From an uncultured Gammaproteobacteria bacterium (lineage in GTDB: Bacteria > Patescibacteriota > Microgenomatia > Daviesbacterales > UBA10151), in contig CAZFVS010000036.1 of assembly GCA_964522265.1 (NCBI GenBank), positions 1 to 9,256 of the forward strand: a stretch of 9,256 nt of DNA, given 5' to 3'. The notes under the pieces are model-generated. The model made no database searches, was not told the origin of the DNA, and saw only the letters and a list, made by a program, of their open reading frames with translations. A program made the translations under genes and the position numbers. The first letter of the stretch is position 1, and every line of letters starts with the position of its first letter. Of this stretch, positions 4,564-9,256 are shown piece by piece.

Positions 4564-6788
4564 ATTCCAATAATTTCAAAAGCAGAACCTCCTGGATTTT
4601 TTGAAACCTCAATCCTGACTGGGAATTCTTCTTTTAGCTCCTCCAGATGGGTAATAATCAAAATTTTCTCAAAATCATCTTTTATGGTATCAATTACTCC
4701 AACCAGTTTTGCTCTGCCTGTTGCATCCTGGGTTCCAAAACCTTCATCAATTATCAAAAACTGCAGTTTCGCCCCGGCTCTGTTTGCTAAAAGTTTGGAG
4801 ATGGCGAGCCTTAATGCAAAGTTCACCCTGAAAGTTTCTCCTCCTGAATATAGCTCATACGGCCGCTCGCCCATCTCATCAGAGATAATAATATCCAAGG
4901 TTTCAACAGTTGCATGGATTTTTCCCTCTAGAGTTTGCACTTTGGTTTTAGTTTCTTTTTGCGTTTCCAATGCAACCTTCATCCTGCCTTCTGTAAGTTT
5001 ATCCAATAAATTATTTGCTTCCTCCTCAATTTCAGGAATTGCAGATTCAATAATCATCGCCTGTATCCCTTTTTTGCCAAACGCTAAAGCCAGTTCTTCA
5101 AACGCTTCTTTTTCTTTTGATAAATTGCTTTTTTCCTCACTTTTTTGTTTTAGCAGTTTTGCCATTTGCTGGGCCCGGTCAATTAATTGTTTAGCTTGGC
5201 CTTCCTGGCCGGTTAGCTCTAACAATTTTTGGTTTAGTTCTTCCCTGGTGGAAACTTGAGTTTGCAGGCGGTTTTGGATCTTAGCTAGTTTTTCCGAATA
5301 GACCTCCAAGTCGGTTTGAGAATTTTTGGCTTTTTCAAACTCATGTTTTTTGGCCAGATACATCTTTTCTAAATCAACTAAAGTTTCCTGGTGGGTTTTG
5401 ACAGCCACCTCAGCTTGCTGGAGTTTTAAATAACCTTCTTGAAAACGGTCCAGCTCACTGATTTGTTTGGAAATTTCAAAATAGTCTTTAGTCTCTAGTT
5501 CCAGTTTTTTGGCTTCCTGCCCGTTTTCCTTAGCTTGAGCTGCTTCAGGCAAAATGATTGATTTAAATTTTTTAATTTTTGAGTAAAAATTGATTAGCTC
5601 CGCTTTATTTTTGTCTATTTCACTATTATTTTTGCCAATCAATTCTTTGTTTTTTTCTGCACCAATTGGTTGACCGCAAGTCGGGCAGACCGTTTTTTGT
5701 TCCATTAACCTTTTGTTTTGGTTTGCCAGCTGATCACATTTTGTTTCAAATTCTTTAATTAAAACTTCTAAAGCGGAGATAGCTTGTTTTCTTTTATCTT
5801 CCCGCTCATTAATAATTTTTTCTAAAGTTGCCAGTTCGTCTTTGACTTTGATCAGTTCACTCCGTTTTGTATCTAAAACTTTTTTTTGGTCCTGCAGCTT
5901 GAGAAGTTTTTGGTAGTTTGTTTCAATCAGCTCTTTTTTGTCTAAAATCTGTTGATATTCTTTGGCGGCTTTTTCTTTTAGATCTATTTTTAGCCTTAGA
6001 TCCAGAACTTCTTGATTTAAGTTTTCAAACTGTTTTTTTTGTTTTTGTAGAGTTTTTACAGTTACTTCAATAGCCTGTTTTTTCTGGTCGATGTTTTTTA
6101 TTATCTCCTCAATTTCTTTTACATCGCGTTTCGCTTTTTCTACCTCTTGCTGGATTAGGGAATATTTTTTTTCTCTTTCTATTTTTTGAGAAAGCTCGGC
6201 TTCAATTTCTAATAGTTGATAATCCAGTAATGTCAATTTGGTCTGTAACTCCTTGGTTTTTTCTCTGGCTTTTTCCTCTAGCCTGTCGTAATGGTCCAGT
6301 CCTAAGATATCTGCCAGGATTCTTTTTCTGTCAGTTGGGCCTTTGGTTGTAAACTCATCAGCATGACCTTGTCTCAGATATGCGGAGTTGCAAAAAGTCT
6401 CAAAATTTAAATGGAGCGTTTCAATAATCTTTTGCTGGGTTGATTTAATAGTTCCTTCCGTTAAATTGTATGTACCTGACCAGAACTCTAAAGAAGTATG
6501 TCCGCCAGATTTTTTATTTCTGTTTCTTTTAATAATGTAACTGTGTCCGTCCAGTTCAAAAGAAAATTCTACCAACATCTCATTTTGGCCCAGTTTCACA
6601 AGATCATCTGATGAATCGCCGGCTCTGGAGGAGCCCCAAACACACCAGGTGATAGCATCAAGCAAAGAGGATTTTCCCGCGCCATTTAAGCCCGAGATAG
6701 CAGCCAGTTTGAACTTGGTAAAATCCAGCTCAGGTGGACTTTCCCCGTAACTTGTGAAATTAGATAACTTAAGATTTACAGGAATCAT
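4560..6788 (-). CDS. sbcC: SbcC/Rad50-family DNA repair ATPase (nuclease SbcCD subunit C)
   Basis: Walker A is GLNGAGKSS near the N-terminus. A long K/E/Q/L-rich coiled coil carries a central CPTCGQP zinc hook (CxxC at 5676-5687). The C-terminal ABC signature YSGGETFRV, Walker B LQFLIIDEGFG and H-loop IITHLEEL are present. The start overlaps the sbcD stop (ATGA, 6785-6788). Confidence 0.9.
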   Translation of the reverse strand: MIPVNLKLSNFTSYGESPPELDFTKFKLAAISGLNGAGKSSLLDAITWCVWGSSRAGDSSDDLVKLGQNEMLVEFSFELDGHSYIIKRNRNKKSGGHTSLEFWSGTYNLTEGTIKSTQQKIIETLHLNFETFCNSAYLRQGHADEFTTKGPTDRKRILADILGLDHYDRLEEKAREKTKELQTKLTLLDYQLLEIEAELSQKIEREKKYSLIQQEVEKAKRDVKEIEEIIKNIDQKKQAIEVTVKTLQKQKKQFENLNQEVLDLRLKIDLKEKAAKEYQQILDKKELIETNYQKLLKLQDQKKVLDTKRSELIKVKDELATLEKIINEREDKRKQAISALEVLIKEFETKCDQLANQNKRLMEQKTVCPTCGQPIGAEKNKELIGKNNSEIDKNKAELINFYSKIKKFKSIILPEAAQAKENGQEAKKLELETKDYFEISKQISELDRFQEGYLKLQQAEVAVKTHQETLVDLEKMYLAKKHEFEKAKNSQTDLEVYSEKLAKIQNRLQTQVSTREELNQKLLELTGQEGQAKQLIDRAQQMAKLLKQKSEEKSNLSKEKEAFEELALAFGKKGIQAMIIESAIPEIEEEANNLLDKLTEGRMKVALETQKETKTKVQTLEGKIHATVETLDIIISDEMGERPYELYSGGETFRVNFALRLAISKLLANRAGAKLQFLIIDEGFGTQDATGRAKLVGVIDTIKDDFEKILIITHLEELKEEFPVRIEVSKNPGGSAFEIIGI
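4561..4616. repeat. direct repeat copy 3 (the functional 3' end of sbcC)
   Basis: Identical to copy 1 over 4561-4613. It is contiguous with the sbcC reading frame (...VRIEVSKNPGGSAFEIIGI, stop TAG at 4560-4562 on the minus strand). Confidence 0.9.
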
Positions 6789-8044
6789 TCTAAGATCTGT
6801 TTTGCAAATTCTCCTAACTGTTTTTGTTTTTCTTCTGAGAATTTTTTAGTTTCAAAATATTTTTTTAAAGCATCTATAGGTGTTAGACTTTCCACTTCAT
6901 TGGTCCCCTCCAGTCTTTGGCGCTCGCGTCTTTCGATATTCCTTGAGATGCCTGCAATAACGTGAGCATCGGATAAAGCTTTTTTAACCTGATCCATCTT
7001 TATCTCTTCCTCACAACCTGCTGGGATATTAATAATCACCCTGATAATTTTTTCTTTTGTATCTGATTTTTTTATTTCATCTAAAATAGTTTGGGTGGGG
7101 TCTTTGTCCTCAGGGGAAAGTGAAACAGTGATGGTTAGAAATTGTCTGGCGTTGGTGGGGATAAACTGGTAAGAGGCTTGCCAGTTTGTCATCCCGGATT
7201 TAATCCGGGATCCAGCACTTGAACTATTTTTCTGGATTCCCGCCTGCCTGCCGGCAAGGCAGGCTTCCGCGGGAATGGCAGAAGACAGTTGGTTAATATC
7301 TACCAATATGACTCCTTTTTCTTCTTTTTCTTCACCAAAATCTATCCTGTGAGGGGAGCCAGCATAAACAACTAATGGATTTTTTGATAAAACTTGGTGT
7401 TTGTGGATATGGCCTAAAGCAACATAGGAGAGTCTTCTGTCTTGAATTAAAGATAAGGGGATTGTGACATCATTTTGGATAGCCATGCCTTTTTCTGAGC
7501 CAAAAGATGCTCCTTCTACTTCAGCATGGGATAGAAAAATAGCTGGGCCGCCAGCTGGCGGAGGTTTAATTTTGTCATATAAAGACAGAAGTTTTTCCCC
7601 GACAGATTTGTAGTCATTTTTATGCAGCCAAGGAAGGGTGATGACCTGTAAATTTCCAGATTTGGTAGGGATATTGAGAAGCTCTGGTTTTCTTGAGACA
7701 TAAACATTATCAATCTCCAAAGCTGAATAAATATCTAAAGTATTTGCTCGGCCTTCTGCATTAGGGGTGTCATGGTTACCTACCACCAAAACTACAGGCA
7801 TATACTTGGTAGCTTTTTTAACCCTTTCACCAAAACCTCTTTGCTGGGTTGGGTTAGGATCGCGGGTTTTATAGGCATCACCTGCAAAAATTAAAGCATC
7901 ACATCCTTCTTTGATAGCAGTATCAACTATGAAATCAAAAGTTTTAAAAAAATCGAGTAACCTGGTAGATAATCCGCTCTGAGGGTCAAGCTTGGAATAA
8001 TTTTCCATGCCGATATGGATATCAGCAAAATGCAGAAGCCTCAT
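6785..8044 (-). CDS. sbcD: SbcD/Mre11-family nuclease (nuclease SbcCD subunit D) carrying an in-frame inserted repeat
   Basis: All calcineurin-like phosphoesterase motifs are present in order: HFADIHIG, FAGDAYK, VVGNHD, LSHAEV, LGHIHKHQ. The gene is translationally coupled to sbcC. Residues about 254-288 are encoded by the palindromic element at 7187-7280. Confidence 0.9.
   Translation of the reverse strand: MRLLHFADIHIGMENYSKLDPQSGLSTRLLDFFKTFDFIVDTAIKEGCDALIFAGDAYKTRDPNPTQQRGFGERVKKATKYMPVVLVVGNHDTPNAEGRANTLDIYSALEIDNVYVSRKPELLNIPTKSGNLQVITLPWLHKNDYKSVGEKLLSLYDKIKPPPAGGPAIFLSHAEVEGASFGSEKGMAIQNDVTIPLSLIQDRRLSYVALGHIHKHQVLSKNPLVVYAGSPHRIDFGEEKEEKGVILVDINQLSSAIPAEACLAGRQAGIQKNSSSAGSRIKSGMTNWQASYQFIPTNARQFLTITVSLSPEDKDPTQTILDEIKKSDTKEKIIRVIINIPAGCEEEIKMDQVKKALSDAHVIAGISRNIERRERQRLEGTNEVESLTPIDALKKYFETKKFSEEKQKQLGEFAKQILE
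7187..7280. repeat. GC-rich nested palindromic (MITE/REP-like) element inserted in frame in sbcD
   Basis: ATCCCGGATTTAATCCGGGAT (7191-7211) is a 21-nt perfect palindrome. ATCCAG (7210-7215) pairs with CTGGAT (7232-7237). An outer stem ATTCCCGC (7236-7243) / GCGGGAAT (7269-7276) encloses an inner stem CTGCCT (7244-7249) / AGGCAG (7257-7262). The ends are imperfectly inverted (TGTCATCCC vs GGGAATGGCA). Its composition contrasts sharply with the AT-rich flanks. Confidence 0.65.
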
Positions 8045-8071
8045 TGAATGGATTATAACATTGCCGATAAA

Positions 8072-9130
8072 TTAATCCTGGATCAAAATATCATGGTAGT
8101 TGTTTTCGCGAAGGCCCAATGAGGTAACTCTGATGAATCTTGCCTTTTGCTGGAACTGATGAATATCTTTTGCCCCGCAATAACTGAATGCGGATTTAAG
8201 ATTGGCTTCAAATTGGAGAACAATTTTTGCAACAGGTCCTTTGAGTTCTACTAACCCCTCAACACCCTCAATATGGTTTAAATAATTATTTGATAGATTT
8301 GAAAGTTTTCCTGTGTGATCTTTCTTTGCTTCGGTGGATGTTGAGCCACGGTATATCTTATATTTTTTGCCATTTTTTATGATTATTTTGCCGGGTGCTT
8401 CATCTGTTCCGGCAAAAACATTGCCTAAAGATACAGCCGCTGCCCCAGCGGCCAAAGCCTTAGCTATATCTCCTGAGTTTTTAATGCCACCGTCTGCAAG
8501 GATTGTCCTTTTCCATTTTTTTGCAGCTCTGACGGCTTCCATAATAGCTGTGATCTGGGGGATGCCGACCCCGGTTACTATCCTGGTTGTGCAAATACTG
8601 CCTGGGCCGACACCAACCCTGACGCAATCCGCGCCGGCTTTAAATAAATCATCGGCCCCCGCGTAAGTTGCTACAGCACCCGAGATAATCCCTGTTTTTT
8701 TGCCGAACTTATTTTTCAGTTTTTTGGTTGCATCAATTGCCTGTTGCATATGTCCGTGTGCAACATCCAAAAGAAGGATATCCACATTTGCCTGGACTAA
8801 TTTTTCAGCCCTGTCCAAAAACCCCTCTTTACAACCCACTGCAGCAGCAACTAAGACGTCATTTTCCTTAACCTTTTTAACCATGTCCGCCTGTACTTCC
8901 GGGTTCTCAAATCTGGGTAAAATACCCATTCCGCCCAGTTTGCCTAATTTTATTGCCATTTCAATTCCGGTTACATCTGACATATTTGTACTCAAAAGCG
9001 GAAGTTTAAGTTTTACAGCAGGGGTGATCTGTGTTGTTAAATCTACAAGAGAACGGCTCTCTATTTCAGAGTGTTGAGGTATGAGCAGAACATCATCAAA
9101 TGATAATCCTAAAGGGAAAACCTGATCCAT
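8072..9130 (-). CDS. guaB: IMP dehydrogenase / GMP reductase family enzyme lacking the CBS (Bateman) subdomain
   Basis: The N-terminus [11 protein letters not shown], catalytic loop [52 protein letters not shown] and C-terminal [10 protein letters not shown] are all IMPDH-like. At 352 aa there is no room for the ~120-aa CBS pair. IMPDH versus GMP reductase cannot be settled by eye, so the guaB symbol is tentative. Confidence 0.8.
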   Translation of the reverse strand: MDQVFPLGLSFDDVLLIPQHSEIESRSLVDLTTQITPAVKLKLPLLSTNMSDVTGIEMAIKLGKLGGMGILPRFENPEVQADMVKKVKENDVLVAAAVGCKEGFLDRAEKLVQANVDILLLDVAHGHMQQAIDATKKLKNKFGKKTGIISGAVATYAGADDLFKAGADCVRVGVGPGSICTTRIVTGVGIPQITAIMEAVRAAKKWKRTILADGGIKNSGDIAKALAAGAAAVSLGNVFAGTDEAPGKIIIKNGKKYKIYRGSTSTEAKKDHTGKLSNLSNNYLNHIEGVEGLVELKGPVAKIVLQFEANLKSAFSYCGAKDIHQFQQKARFIRVTSLGLRENNYHDILIQD

Positions 9131-9163
9131 ATAGCCTGTAATGACTATGAATCATTACGACTA

Positions 9164-9193
9164 AATATACTAAAATTATACCTAAAAAGTCAA
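9164..9193 (-). promoter_or_regulatory. candidate sigma70-type promoter for the guaB-like/sbcD/sbcC transcription unit
   Basis: On the minus strand, TTGACT (9188-9193) is followed after 18 nt by TATATT (9164-9169). A perfect TATAAT (9175-9180) also lies here but has no properly spaced -35. It sits 35-60 nt upstream of the ATG at 9130. This is a motif match only. Confidence 0.25.
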
Positions 9194-9256
9194 GAGTGAG
9201 TTTGGTAATTGTTCAGGATTTGACAAAACCTTCTAGGATTAGGCACACTTAATTAA

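Noticed and set aside
4574-4606. The inverted repeat inside the repeat unit considered as a rho-independent terminator for the convergent genes.
   Set aside because: The stem is 8 bp with a single G:C pair, the loop is 17 nt, and no U-tract follows on either strand. That is too weak for an intrinsic terminator.
2959-4616. Three direct repeats considered as a possible CRISPR array.
   Set aside because: The inter-repeat distances are roughly 660-810 bp and contain full ORFs. The repeat is about 55-75 nt and is the coding 3' end of sbcC. Only three copies exist and one is diverged. This is not CRISPR architecture.
4684-5259. A 191-aa plus-strand ORF inside sbcC. Similar antisense or overlapping ORFs lie at 600-800, 1809-2108, 1825-2115, 2209-2460, 2661-2843, 7516-7713, 8334-8666 and 8700-9077.
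   Set aside because: All lie within or opposite well-supported motif-bearing genes. Their composition is low-complexity and Ser/Phe/Leu-rich, typical of shadow frames of AT-rich coiled-coil or TIM-barrel genes, and they have no motifs.
9220-9225. TTGACA hexamer on the plus strand, considered as the -35 of a promoter for a gene beyond the right edge.
   Set aside because: No acceptable -10 hexamer lies 16-19 nt downstream (GCACAC/CACACT), and the downstream gene is not visible.

Overview
This is an AT-rich bacterial window. The compact gene style (short MetRS, IMPDH-family enzyme without a CBS domain, small membrane and secreted proteins, 4-nt gene overlaps) suggests a reduced-genome lineage such as CPR/Patescibacteria; this is inference only. 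The housekeeping backbone has three parts. On the plus strand there is the tail of a surface-protein-like gene and a secreted acidic protein. On the minus strand metG is translationally coupled to a small membrane protein. Also on the minus strand is an apparent operon of an IMPDH-family enzyme, sbcD and sbcC. Two things stand out. (1) Between the metG side and sbcC lies a ~1.6-kb accessory insert (2959-4560). It is divided into two cassettes by three direct copies of the last ~55-75 nt of sbcC. Copies 1 and 3 are identical over 53 nt and copy 2 is diverged. Cassette A carries a toxin-like/DUF2283 pair. Cassette B carries an orphan ~222-aa protein and a chimeric mini-ORF. This looks like serial site-specific insertion into the sbcC 3' end, or an integron-like cassette array, but no recombinase is visible in the window. 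(2) A ~95-bp GC-rich nested palindromic element sits in frame inside sbcD and adds about 33 aa between its nuclease and C-terminal domains. No rRNA, tRNA or CRISPR was seen. All family assignments come from motif recognition by eye, not from searches.
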